Positions 8,503-17,900 of a stretch of DNA of 64,000 nucleotides are shown here, piece after piece. The notes beneath the pieces were generated by a model, which saw only the letters and a list, made by a program, of their open reading frames with translations, was not told where the DNA came from and did no database searches. The stretch is from contig JACJZJ010000005.1 in the NCBI GenBank assembly GCA_020635675.1, positions 147,633 to 211,632 on the forward strand, given 5' to 3'. Source of the stretch: Flavobacteriales bacterium (lineage in GTDB: Bacteria; Bacteroidota; Bacteroidia; Flavobacteriales_F; PHOS-HE28). The position numbers were made by a program, and so were the translations under genes. The stretch's first letter is position 1, and each line of letters begins with the position of its first letter.

Positions 8503-9930
8503 TCAGCGGATCCGATAGAGACACCAGCCGTCCGGTCGGCATTCCATACATTCCATTCCCTGCGCGGCCGCACGGCGGTAATTGATCCAAGGGGCAGTGC
8601 GGGACCACTGCTGCTCCAACACCACCGGCCTGACCACGAGCAGGGCGCCCGTGGTGAAACGGTCCTCCACCCCGTTCCATAGCTCGGTCACGGGAGTCCC
8701 CGGACAGAGGTCCCGGAGGGAGGCCCCCATCCCGTGCGTATAGACAGCGGGCGGATGCAAGGCGTTCACCCGGTCGGCGAGTTGCCGTTCCTTCCGCGCC
8801 TGTTGCATGAACGGGTGCATCGCGCGCGTGAACAACAGCAGTTGCGACAGCGCCAGGGTCCCGGCCACCAATACAGCCCCAGGACGCGCGCCCGCGAGCC
8901 GTTCCCAGGCACGAACAAAGGCCGGGGTGAAAAGCACCACCACAAAAGGCTGGGCCATCAGCAGCACGCGGTCGTTCTGGTAGGGCATGCCGCCGATGAA
9001 CAGGAGATAGACCACCAGCAGGCCCAGCGCCAGCTTCGCGTGTGGCGGGCGGAGGTCCTCCCGGCGGAAGAGGAACAGTAGCAGCAATCCGACCGGCACG
9101 AACCCCGGATGGACGACCACTTTCAGCAGGTAGATGATGTTGGGCAGGGTATAGCGCAACAGGCCATCATCCGAACGGTGTGTCCGCAGAAGCAATGCCA
9201 AGGGTGACCAATCGCCGACCAGATGACGGAGGGGTGTGTTGTGCAGCCTGGGCCAGTTCATCCACGCCACAACACCCAGGGCGACCGCAAGGACGGCCAG
9301 TCCGAACAGCAGCCCCCTCGCCTTCCCGTTGCGGATACGCAGCAGCAGCACACCCACCATCAACGTGCCGAGCAGTGGCGCGACCGCGAACCGCACGGCC
9401 ACGGCCAGCAGCGCGAACAACGCGGCCAGGACGAGCAATCTTCCGCGCTCTTCGACCAGCCAGCGCGCACTGAACACGAACGCGCCAAAGACCAACGCGA
9501 TCGCCGGGACGTCGCTCATCACCGTCATGCTGTAGCGCAACAGGAAGGGCACCGTGCCGACCATCGTCAACACGAAGGCCGTGGTCATGCGCCGGTCGGG
9601 TCGGCCCCTCCTTGTCAAGTGCGTCATCAGCGCGACCAGGAGCAACAGGGAGAACGCGGAGACCAGGCGCAGCGCCAACAAGGTGTTCCCCAACAATTCG
9701 CCCAGCGCGGCCCCGGCGATCGGATAGCCATGTGGATGCTCGACCATCACCGGTCGTGCGCCGTGCCCCCCCATCCACGCCGCGTAGCCCTTGGCGATCA
9801 GGTGATAGTCGTGTGCATCCTGGCCGTTGAGACCTTGATAATCCTGCATGGCTGCCCAGATCCAGGCGAACGCCAGCGGTATGGCGCAGAGAAGGACCGT
9901 TCGCCACAAAGCGCTTTGGCGGAAGGGCAT
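8503..9930 (-). CDS. glycosyltransferase family 39 / ArnT-like membrane protein
   Basis: 475-aa polytopic membrane protein with an N-terminal loop and multiple TM helices, typical of the PMT/ArnT superfamily. Confidence 0.55.
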   Translation of the reverse strand: MPFRQSALWRTVLLCAIPLAFAWIWAAMQDYQGLNGQDAHDYHLIAKGYAAWMGGHGARPVMVEHPHGYPIAGAALGELLGNTLLALRLVSAFSLLLLVALMTHLTRRGRPDRRMTTAFVLTMVGTVPFLLRYSMTVMSDVPAIALVFGAFVFSARWLVEERGRLLVLAALFALLAVAVRFAVAPLLGTLMVGVLLLRIRNGKARGLLFGLAVLAVALGVVAWMNWPRLHNTPLRHLVGDWSPLALLLRTHRSDDGLLRYTLPNIIYLLKVVVHPGFVPVGLLLLFLFRREDLRPPHAKLALGLLVVYLLFIGGMPYQNDRVLLMAQPFVVVLFTPAFVRAWERLAGARPGAVLVAGTLALSQLLLFTRAMHPFMQQARKERQLADRVNALHPPAVYTHGMGASLRDLCPGTPVTELWNGVEDRFTTGALLVVRPVVLEQQWSRTAPWINYRRAAAQGMECMECRPDGWCLYRIR

Positions 9931-10012
9931 GCGGTGAAGGTAGGTGGAGGACCCTGACGAGGTTCCAACACCGGGAATGGTGTTTCGCTACATCGGATGC
10001 GCCACCGAGGGA

Positions 10013-10957
10013 TCAGGTCAGGTGGTCGGACACCGCCTTCTGCACCCTTCCCTCGATATCGGTGGTGTCCGTGGGTTGAAAGGCCTGTCCGGTGATGGTC
10101 TCGTACAGCTCGATGTAGCGGTCGCTCACGCTCTGCACGAACGCGTCGTCCATTGCGGGCACCTGCTGGCCTTCCTTGCCCATAAAATCGTGGGCGATCA
10201 GCCATTCGCGCACGAACTCCTTGCTCAATTGCTTCTGCCGTTCGCCCCGCGCCTGTCTTTCGGCATAGCCTTCCAGATGGAAATAGCGTGAGCTGTCCGG
10301 TGTATGGATCTCGTCGATCAGCAGGATCCTGCCATCGGCATCCCTTCCGAACTCGTATTTAGTGTCCACCAGGATGAGTCCGCGGGACCGCGCGATCTCC
10401 TGACCCCTGGCATAGAGCGCGAGGGCGTAATTCGCCATGGTGTCCCATTCCGTCCGCTTGCAGAGGCCGCGTTCCAGGACCTCCGCGGGGGTGATGTCCT
10501 CGTCGTGGCCCTCATCGGCCTTCGTGCTGGGGGTGATGATCGGCGCAGGGAAGGCATCGCTCTCGCGCATGCCGTCGGGCATTGGTGCGCCACAAAGCAC
10601 GCGCTGACCGCTGCGATAGGAGCGCCAGGCGTGGCCACTGAGATAGCCGCGCACGACCATCTCCACCTTTACGGGCTCGCAGGCCCTACCGATGATCACC
10701 TGCGGATCGGGCATGGCATCGGCCCAGTTCGGTGCCACATCGGCGGTGGCCTGCAGCATGTGCCAGCTGAGCTGCGTGAGCACCTGGCCCTTGTGCGGAA
10801 TACCGCGCGGCAGGATCACATCGAACGCGCTGATGCGGTCGGTGGCTACGAGGATCAACCGGCCATCGCTCAACCGGTACACATCGCGGACCTTGCCGTG
10901 ATGGACGGTGGTGCCTTCGGGAAGGCGAAGTGCAGTGTGAGTGAGGGTATTGGGCAT
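10013..10957 (-). CDS. purC: phosphoribosylaminoimidazole-succinocarboxamide synthase (long form)
   Basis: Contains VATDRISAFD and LILVDTKYEFG SAICAR-synthetase motifs. Starts at the internal ATG MPNTLTH. Confidence 0.9.
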   Translation of the reverse strand: MPNTLTHTALRLPEGTTVHHGKVRDVYRLSDGRLILVATDRISAFDVILPRGIPHKGQVLTQLSWHMLQATADVAPNWADAMPDPQVIIGRACEPVKVEMVVRGYLSGHAWRSYRSGQRVLCGAPMPDGMRESDAFPAPIITPSTKADEGHDEDITPAEVLERGLCKRTEWDTMANYALALYARGQEIARSRGLILVDTKYEFGRDADGRILLIDEIHTPDSSRYFHLEGYAERQARGERQKQLSKEFVREWLIAHDFMGKEGQQVPAMDDAFVQSVSDRYIELYETITGQAFQPTDTTDIEGRVQKAVSDHLT

Positions 10958-11006
10958 TCGATCGTGCGGAAGTCGGGAGTTCTGGGGCGGGGCGGTAACG
11001 GCCACT

Positions 11007-11972
11007 TCAACTTGCCTCCACGTTCCCCTCTCCCTCCTCCATTTCACGGAAGGCGACCAGCACGCGCGTTACGAGTTCATGCCGGATCACATCCTTCTCA
11101 TCCAGTTCGATCACTGCGATCCCATCCACGCTGTGCAGCATGGCGATCGCCTTTTGCAATCCGGAGGGCAGGTGGCGCGGAAGGTCCACTTGTGTAAGAT
11201 CCCCGGTGATGACGAATTTGGCGGAACGACCCATCCGGGTGAGGAACATCTTGAGCTGACCGAGCGTGGCGTTCTGGGCTTCGTCCAGGATCACGAAGGC
11301 ATGGTCCAATGTGCGCCCGCGCATGAAGGCGAGCGGCGCGATCTGGATGACCCCCGTCTCCAAGTGCTCGGCAAGACGGCCGGCCGGTATCATGTCCTTG
11401 AGCGCATCATAGAGCGGCTGGAGATAGGGATCGAGCTTCTCGCGCAGGTCGCCGGGCAGGAAGCCAAGGTTCTCCCCGGCTTCCACCGCGGGTCGTGTCA
11501 GGATGATGCGCCGCACCTGTTTCTCCTTCAACGCTCGAACGGCCAACGCCACGGCGGTGTAGGTCTTGCCGGTACCGGCCGGTCCCACGGCGAAGACCAT
11601 GTCATGGGTACCGACAGCCTCCACCAGCCGCTGCTGGTTGCGCGTACGCGCCTTGACACGAAGGCCGGCGTTGCCGTGCACGAGCACATCGGCCTCATCG
11701 GGCAGGCCCCCACCATCGGGCGCACCACCCATGATGTCGTCCAGCACCTTGCGAGGTAGTTCATTGTAGCGAAGGACGTGTTGGATGAGCTGCTCGAACC
11801 GTTCCGCAAAGAGGTCGATATCCTCTTCCTTGCCGATCACCCGGACCGTATCGCCCCGGGCAATGATGTTCAACCCCGGAAAGAACCCGCGGATGCTCCG
11901 GAGGTTCTGATCGTTCGCACCGAGCACTTCGACAGGCTCCACGGCCGTGACCTGTATCGTTCGTTCACTCAC
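11007..11972 (-). CDS. phoH: PhoH family ATPase
   Basis: Walker A GPAGTGKTY, and the PhoH signature FVITGDLTQVDLP. Confidence 0.9.
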   Translation of the reverse strand: MSERTIQVTAVEPVEVLGANDQNLRSIRGFFPGLNIIARGDTVRVIGKEEDIDLFAERFEQLIQHVLRYNELPRKVLDDIMGGAPDGGGLPDEADVLVHGNAGLRVKARTRNQQRLVEAVGTHDMVFAVGPAGTGKTYTAVALAVRALKEKQVRRIILTRPAVEAGENLGFLPGDLREKLDPYLQPLYDALKDMIPAGRLAEHLETGVIQIAPLAFMRGRTLDHAFVILDEAQNATLGQLKMFLTRMGRSAKFVITGDLTQVDLPRHLPSGLQKAIAMLHSVDGIAVIELDEKDVIRHELVTRVLVAFREMEEGEGNVEAS

Positions 11973-12022
11973 CCCCGTTGATGTCTTTATGGAATGGTCC
12001 GATCACCCTCCCGTACCGCCCT

Positions 12023-12030
12023 TATTTTTG
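12023..12030 (+). promoter_or_regulatory. candidate -7 element TATTTTTG upstream of the SAM-hydrolase gene
   Basis: Exact TAnnTTTG match 38 nt before the ATG at 12068. Confidence 0.3.
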
Positions 12031-12067
12031 ATCGCCCGAAGGTAGACGATCACCCCTTCCACCAACG

Positions 12068-12895
12068 ATGTCCATCATCACGCTCACCACCGACATGGGT
12101 ACCCGCGATCACTACGTGGCAGCGGTCAAGGGGCGCATCCTGGGGCTGCTGCCCGGGTCATCCATCGTGGATGTGACCCACGAGGTGAAGCCGTTCGACA
12201 ATGCCCATACGGCCTTCGTGGTGCGAAACGCCTGGCCGAACTTCCCGGAAGGCACCGTGCATGTGATCGGCGTGAACCCCGAGGCGGACGCACATACCCC
12301 GCATCTGGCCGTGAAGCATGCCGGGCATTGGTTCATCGGGGCGGACAACGGCATCTTCTCCCTCATCTTCGAGGGGCGCCCGGAAGCGGTGTTCACGCTG
12401 AACCCCACCGATGACCAGGATGCGATGACCTTCCCGACCAAATGCATCTTCGCGCCGGCGGCCTGCCATCTGGCGCGTGGCGGGGCGGTCGAAGAGATCG
12501 CATCACCGGCGAGCGGCATCCGTCAGATGATCGGATTCACGCCTGCGACCGACCAGGAGAGCATCCGTGGCGCCGTCATCCACATCGACATCTACGGGAA
12601 CGCGGTGACGAACATCCATCGCGACCTTTTCGTTCGGGTGGTGAAGGACCGTTCCTTTCGGATCGCCTTCGGTCGATCACAGAACGACATCACCACGATC
12701 CATAGGACCTACAGCGAAGTACCCCAGGGCGAGCGCGTGGCCTTCTTCGGTGCGAGCGGTCTGCTGGAGATCGCCGTGAACAAGGGGGCTGAGGGTTCGG
12801 GAGGGGGCGCGGCCCGTCTCTTCGGCCTTCACGTGCAGGATCCGGTGCGCATCGAAATGCAGGACATCCTACCCCAACGCGCCTACGCTTCATGA
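12068..12895 (+). CDS. S-adenosyl-L-methionine hydroxide adenosyltransferase (SAM hydrolase, DUF62)
   Basis: N-terminus MSIITLTTDMGTRDHYVAAVKG and an overall DUF62/fluorinase-like pattern. Confidence 0.8.
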   Translation: MSIITLTTDMGTRDHYVAAVKGRILGLLPGSSIVDVTHEVKPFDNAHTAFVVRNAWPNFPEGTVHVIGVNPEADAHTPHLAVKHAGHWFIGADNGIFSLIFEGRPEAVFTLNPTDDQDAMTFPTKCIFAPAACHLARGGAVEEIASPASGIRQMIGFTPATDQESIRGAVIHIDIYGNAVTNIHRDLFVRVVKDRSFRIAFGRSQNDITTIHRTYSEVPQGERVAFFGASGLLEIAVNKGAEGSGGGAARLFGLHVQDPVRIEMQDILPQRAYAS

Positions 12896-13200
12896 TCGTA
12901 CGCCTGGTGCGCATGACCTTTCGCGCGGATGGCGTCGACCGCTTCCTGCAGATCTTCGAGGACCTGCGACACAGGATCATCGCCATGCCGGGATGTCAAC
13001 ACCTTGAGCTGCTGCAGGACCTCGACGATCCACGCGTTCTCACCACCTACAGCCATTGGCGCAGCCCTGAGGACCTTGAGCGCTACCGGGGATCGGACCT
13101 GTTCGCATCGGAATGGCCGGCGGTGAAAGCCCTTTTCGAGTTCCCCGCGGAGGCATGGTCCAACTCCTCGCTCCACCGCATGCTACCGCAGGCCTCCTGA
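12892..13200 (+). CDS. antibiotic biosynthesis monooxygenase (ABM) family protein
   Basis: 102-aa ferredoxin-like ABM fold. ATGA overlap with the upstream gene. Confidence 0.55.
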   Translation: MIVRLVRMTFRADGVDRFLQIFEDLRHRIIAMPGCQHLELLQDLDDPRVLTTYSHWRSPEDLERYRGSDLFASEWPAVKALFEFPAEAWSNSSLHRMLPQAS

Positions 13201-13204
13201 ACCG

Positions 13205-14095
13205 ATGACCAAGGAACGCATCCGCATTTTGATCGCCGCGATCGCCACTGGTGGACTGACCCAGGCCCAGCAGACCACCGACACGGTGCTGCATCAGCTG
13301 CAGCAGCTCATCGATGCCGGCCGCTTCGAGTCCGCGCTGGTCGTCGCCGATACCGCGGTCGCACGGTACGCCACATCCGCGCTCGCCTATAAGTTGCGTG
13401 GCGATGTACATCAGCACCTTCAGGAATACGACCAGGCGCTCCGGGATTACCGGTCATCGCAGGAACTGGACGACCAGGACCCCCGGCTTTACGTCAGCCG
13501 ATCGGCGCTGCGCATCACCGAGGGCAATCTCAAAGGTGCCATGCGTGATCTGGACAAGGCGATCGAACTGGACCCGGACGATCCGGACATCTGGTACAAT
13601 CGGGCGTGCGCGAACTACCTCGGCCAGGACAACAACAAAGCCCTGCGGGATGCGGAACGCGCCCTCAAATTGCGCGAAGACCATGCCGACGCCCTTTTCC
13701 TGACCGGCGTCGTGAAAGGGGAACTCTACCGGGAAGCGGACGGGCTGGACGACATCCGGAAAGCGCTGGCATTGAAGCCCGACATACCTGGTGGCCGAAT
13801 GAGCGCCGCGATCCTCCTACACGACCTGGAACGCTGGAGGGAGGCCATCGATGCCTTCACCGTTGTGATCCAGGCCAACGGCGACGAGGAGGAGGTGCGT
13901 GATGCCTATTACTACCGGGGTGACTGCTTCTACAACATGGACCAGAAGGAGCAGGCCTGTGAGAACTGGCGGACCTCCGCGCGAATGGGCGACAATGATT
14001 CGATCTTCATCGTGAAGAACTATTGCGAAACGGACGAAAAGAAGATACCGAAGAAACCCGTCCGCCGGCGTCGCAAGACCGTGATCCAATTCTAG
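13205..14095 (+). CDS. tetratricopeptide repeat protein
   Basis: Multiple TPR units (AYKLRGDVHQ..., NRACANYLGQDNNKALRDAERALKL) and an N-terminal hydrophobic segment. Confidence 0.65.
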   Translation: MTKERIRILIAAIATGGLTQAQQTTDTVLHQLQQLIDAGRFESALVVADTAVARYATSALAYKLRGDVHQHLQEYDQALRDYRSSQELDDQDPRLYVSRSALRITEGNLKGAMRDLDKAIELDPDDPDIWYNRACANYLGQDNNKALRDAERALKLREDHADALFLTGVVKGELYREADGLDDIRKALALKPDIPGGRMSAAILLHDLERWREAIDAFTVVIQANGDEEEVRDAYYYRGDCFYNMDQKEQACENWRTSARMGDNDSIFIVKNYCETDEKKIPKKPVRRRRKTVIQF

Positions 14096-14219
14096 TGTTC
14101 AGCGCCCGGACGCGTATATCGGCCCGATCGCAGAGCTTTGCTCACGGGACCAAGGTGGTATCTTGGCCGGCTGCGCGCCGGTCCAAGGACCGGGAGTGCG
14201 CCACTGCCTGAATGGAGGA

Positions 14220-14945
14220 ATGCGAGCGCTCGTCATCAAGGAGGTCCGCGGCTTCATCGGTTCGCTGATCGGCCAGATCGTGATCGTGATCTTCCTGCTC
14301 GTCACCGGCCTCCTGCTGTGGGTGTTCCCGGACAATCTGCTGGACCTTGGCTATGCCGACCTCGCCCCCTTGTTCATGGTGGCGCCCTGGGTCTTCCTCT
14401 TCCTGGTGCCCGCGGTCACCATGCGGAGCTTCAGCGAGGAAAAGCGCACGGGCACGATCGAACTGCTCCTGACGCGGCCCTTGAGCGAATGGAGCATCGT
14501 GCTCGGGAAATACATCGCGGCCGTGGCATTGATCGTTCTCGCGTTGGTTCCCACCTTGATCTACGTCTGGAGCATCGCCGACCTGGCCATACCGCAGGGC
14601 AACATCGACACGGGTGGCACCTGGGGCAGCTACCTGGGATTGTTCTTCCTGGGAAGCTGTTTCGCTGCGGTGGGTCTGTTCGCCTCAGCGCTCACGGAAA
14701 GTCAGATCGTGGCCTTCCTGATCGCGGTGTTCCTGAGCTTCCTGCTCTACCTGGGCTTCGATCAACTGGCCAGCTTCGACCTTCTAGGGGCACTGGAGGG
14801 GCCCATCAAGAACATCGGCATCCAGGCGCACTATACCTCCATCAGCCGCGGCGTCGTGGACCTGCGTGACGTGCTCTACTTCACCGGGTTGATCGCGATC
14901 TTCCTAATGGCCACCCGCCTCGTGCTCCAAAGCCGGAAATGGTAG
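14220..14945 (+). CDS. gldF: gliding motility-associated ABC transporter permease GldF
   Basis: ABC-2 type permease with 6 TM. Immediately followed by gldG. Confidence 0.8.
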   Translation: MRALVIKEVRGFIGSLIGQIVIVIFLLVTGLLLWVFPDNLLDLGYADLAPLFMVAPWVFLFLVPAVTMRSFSEEKRTGTIELLLTRPLSEWSIVLGKYIAAVALIVLALVPTLIYVWSIADLAIPQGNIDTGGTWGSYLGLFFLGSCFAAVGLFASALTESQIVAFLIAVFLSFLLYLGFDQLASFDLLGALEGPIKNIGIQAHYTSISRGVVDLRDVLYFTGLIAIFLMATRLVLQSRKW

Positions 14946-14946
14946 C

Positions 14947-16683
14947 ATGAAGAACGCGATGGGCTTGCGGTTGCGGGACCTCACCGAGCTATTGGCCGGG
15001 ATGGGCATCGTGGTGCTGGTCCTGTTCATCGGCTCATTCACGCATCTGCGTGCCGACCTGACCAGCGAAAAGCGCTTCACCCTCACCCCCGCCACGCATC
15101 AATTGGTGGACAGCCTGAAGGATGTGGTGTTCGTGAAAGTGTTCCTTGAAGGCGACCTGCCCGCCGATCTGCATCGGTTGTCGTTGGCCACACGCGAACT
15201 ATTGGACGAGATGCGCGTGGATGCCCCGGACAAGCTGGAATACGCCTTTGAGGACCCCAGTGATCACCCGGACGAGAAGACACGCAATGAGGTGTTCGCC
15301 GAACTGGAAAAGCAGGGCCTGCAGTACACCAGCATCCGGATCCGGGAGAAGAGCGGTTTCTCCGAGCGGATCGTGTTCCCGGGCGCGCTCATCACGTATC
15401 GCGGCAAGACCATTCCGGTACAACTGCTCAAAACCCAGTTGAGGCAACCGGACGCGGACATGGTGAACCGCTCCATCAACAACCTGGAATACGAGGTTGC
15501 GGGGGCCATCCGCCAGCTCACGCGGATCGAGAAACCCCGCGTGGCCTTCCTGGAAGGACAAGGGGAACTGGCTCCCATGGAAGTGCAGGACATCACCAAG
15601 GCGCTCGGCGAGAACTACGACGTCACACGCGTTCGGATCGATGGACACATCAACTCCCTGAGCGACCACGTGAAAGGGGCGCGCTACCGTTTGAACAAGT
15701 ACGATGCACTGATCGTGGCCAAGCCGGACAGCACGTTCTCGAAAAAGGACCAGTACATCCTGGACCAGTTCATCATGAACGGAGGCAAGGTGCTCTGGCT
15801 CCTGGATATGATGAACGCGCATCTGGACAGTCTGCGGAGCAGGCAGTTCAGCATCGCGACCCCGCTCGACCTCGACCTCGACGAAATGCTCTTCGCCTAT
15901 GGCGTGCGGATCAACAAGGACCTGCTCCTGGACGCCAGTTGCGCGCCGATCGAGATCTACACCACACCATATGGCAACCAAAGGAAACTGGAGCGATTCC
16001 CCTGGTATTTCGAGCCGGTGCTGATCCCGCACAGCGACCATCCCATCGTTACCAATATCGATCCCGTGCATACGGCCTTCGTCAGCAGCATGGACACCAT
16101 CGCCGTGGACAGCATCCGAAAGACCCTCCTGCTGACCACTTCCCCCTACAACCGGGTTCTGAAGAACCCGGTGCGCATCAGCCTTGCCATCGTGGACCTG
16201 GACCTGGGGCTGGACAAGAAGGGCGGTTCACCGGCCCCGGTCGGGGTATTGCTCGAGGGAAGGTTCCATTCCGCGTTCACGGACCGGCTGCCGCCGAAAT
16301 TCCTGGAACAGGAGGAGATCGCCTTTCGCGAACGAGGGCGCCGCACGGCCCAGATCGTGATCAGCGATGGCGATGTGATAGCGAACCGTGTGGATCCCGA
16401 CAAAGGGATGTACTACATGCTGGGATACGACCGGTACGCAGGTCGAAAGATCTATGGCAACCGCGAGCTGATCATCAACGCGATGAATTATCTGCTGGAT
16501 GACAAGAGCCTGATCAGCCTTCGGTCCAGGACGATCACCCTGCGCCAGTTGGATCCCGAGCGGATCGTGGACGAACGCAGCAAGTGGCAGATGATCGCCG
16601 TGGGTGCTCCCGTGCTTCTGACCCTGCTCGCAGGGCTGGCCTTCCAATATATCCGCAGACGTCGTTATTCCCGCACCGCATGA
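14947..16683 (+). CDS. gldG: gliding motility-associated ABC transporter substrate-binding protein GldG
   Basis: 578 aa with N- and C-terminal TM anchors flanking a large periplasmic domain. Conserved pairing with gldF. Confidence 0.8.
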   Translation: MKNAMGLRLRDLTELLAGMGIVVLVLFIGSFTHLRADLTSEKRFTLTPATHQLVDSLKDVVFVKVFLEGDLPADLHRLSLATRELLDEMRVDAPDKLEYAFEDPSDHPDEKTRNEVFAELEKQGLQYTSIRIREKSGFSERIVFPGALITYRGKTIPVQLLKTQLRQPDADMVNRSINNLEYEVAGAIRQLTRIEKPRVAFLEGQGELAPMEVQDITKALGENYDVTRVRIDGHINSLSDHVKGARYRLNKYDALIVAKPDSTFSKKDQYILDQFIMNGGKVLWLLDMMNAHLDSLRSRQFSIATPLDLDLDEMLFAYGVRINKDLLLDASCAPIEIYTTPYGNQRKLERFPWYFEPVLIPHSDHPIVTNIDPVHTAFVSSMDTIAVDSIRKTLLLTTSPYNRVLKNPVRISLAIVDLDLGLDKKGGSPAPVGVLLEGRFHSAFTDRLPPKFLEQEEIAFRERGRRTAQIVISDGDVIANRVDPDKGMYYMLGYDRYAGRKIYGNRELIINAMNYLLDDKSLISLRSRTITLRQLDPERIVDERSKWQMIAVGAPVLLTLLAGLAFQYIRRRRYSRTA

Positions 16684-17696
16684 AGAGGCCCCTGGTCATG
16701 GTCATCGTACTCGCCGTGCTGGGCGCACTGGCGTTGTGGCTGAGCGCCCGTGACCGGGGCACCACGCTCAGCGGGCCGCTAACGGATTTCGCCATTGCGG
16801 ACACCAGCTCCGTGGACCGCATCTTCATCGCGCAGAAGGACGGCCGGAGCGTGGACCTGCGGCGGCAGGACGACGGTACCTGGACGGTGAACGACATCTA
16901 CCGGGCCAACCCGATCCCGGTGCGTCTGTTGCTGAAGACCTTTCTGCGGGTGGAGGTGCGTGCACCGGTGCCGAAGAGCGCGGAAGCGAACGTTCTGCGC
17001 GTGATGGGCGGAGCGGCCCGGAAGGTGGAGATCTACCAAGGCGGTGACACCCCGACCAAGGTCTGGTATGTCGGGCATGCCACCCCCGACCACAACGGCA
17101 CCTACATGGTGCTTGAAAAGCCCGGCAAAGGTCGGTCCGATGTCCCCTTCATCATGGGGATGAGCGGCTTCAGTGGCTTTCTGACCACTCGCTTCCATGC
17201 CAAGCTGGATGAATGGCGGAACAGCGAGGTGTTCGCCTACCCGGACCTGGAACGGATCAGCGTGGTGCTCGTCCAGCACCCGGAGGCCCCCGCCACGGGA
17301 TTCTTCATTTCGCTCGGGGAGGACGGGACACCTCGCCTGATGGACGAGGGTATGCGCCCGGTGCAGGTGGACACCGCCGCGGCGCAGGACTTCCTGCTCC
17401 AATTCAGGTCGTTGCATTTCGAGTACATCGAGCGGAACCTCAGCCGTTCTCAATGCGATTCAGTGCGGAACAGCCCACCGTGGCATGTGGTGACGGTGAC
17501 CGACCGCGACGGGGCCGAGCGCCGTATCCCCTTCTTCCACAAGGAACCCTATCAGGGCCAATTGGATATGGAAGGCGACCGGATGACCCAGGACGTCGAC
17601 CGGATGTACGCCACGGTGGATGACAGCGTCCTGGTGGTCGTGCAACGGCTTTTGTTCGACCGGATCACGCCGTCGATAACCACCCTCGAACGCTAG
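16680..17696 (+). CDS. DUF4340 domain-containing protein
   Basis: ATGA overlap with the gldG stop. Signal/TM MKRPLVMVIVLAVLGALALWL. This family typically follows gldG. Confidence 0.6.
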   Translation: MKRPLVMVIVLAVLGALALWLSARDRGTTLSGPLTDFAIADTSSVDRIFIAQKDGRSVDLRRQDDGTWTVNDIYRANPIPVRLLLKTFLRVEVRAPVPKSAEANVLRVMGGAARKVEIYQGGDTPTKVWYVGHATPDHNGTYMVLEKPGKGRSDVPFIMGMSGFSGFLTTRFHAKLDEWRNSEVFAYPDLERISVVLVQHPEAPATGFFISLGEDGTPRLMDEGMRPVQVDTAAAQDFLLQFRSLHFEYIERNLSRSQCDSVRNSPPWHVVTVTDRDGAERRIPFFHKEPYQGQLDMEGDRMTQDVDRMYATVDDSVLVVVQRLLFDRITPSITTLER

Positions 17697-17763
17697 GGTC
17701 CTGGCTGTGGAAAAAGGCGCTCCGGTGTTGATAAAACACCCCGGACGCGCGGAGTGCCCCGGC

Positions 17764-17771
17764 TATCTTTG
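17764..17771 (+). promoter_or_regulatory. candidate -7 element TATCTTTG upstream of dnaN
   Basis: Exact TAnnTTTG match, 70 nt upstream of the alternative ATG at 17841 and 130 nt upstream of 17901. Confidence 0.25.
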
Positions 17772-17900
17772 CCGCTCCTGTCGGGCGTTTCATCCTCAAC
17801 GGGCAAGTCCGACAGGTCACACCGATCATACGATCACATCATGTCAGAGGTCAGTACTACTCCGGAGACCACCACCAAGTCATCCTCATCCAAAAGCGCG

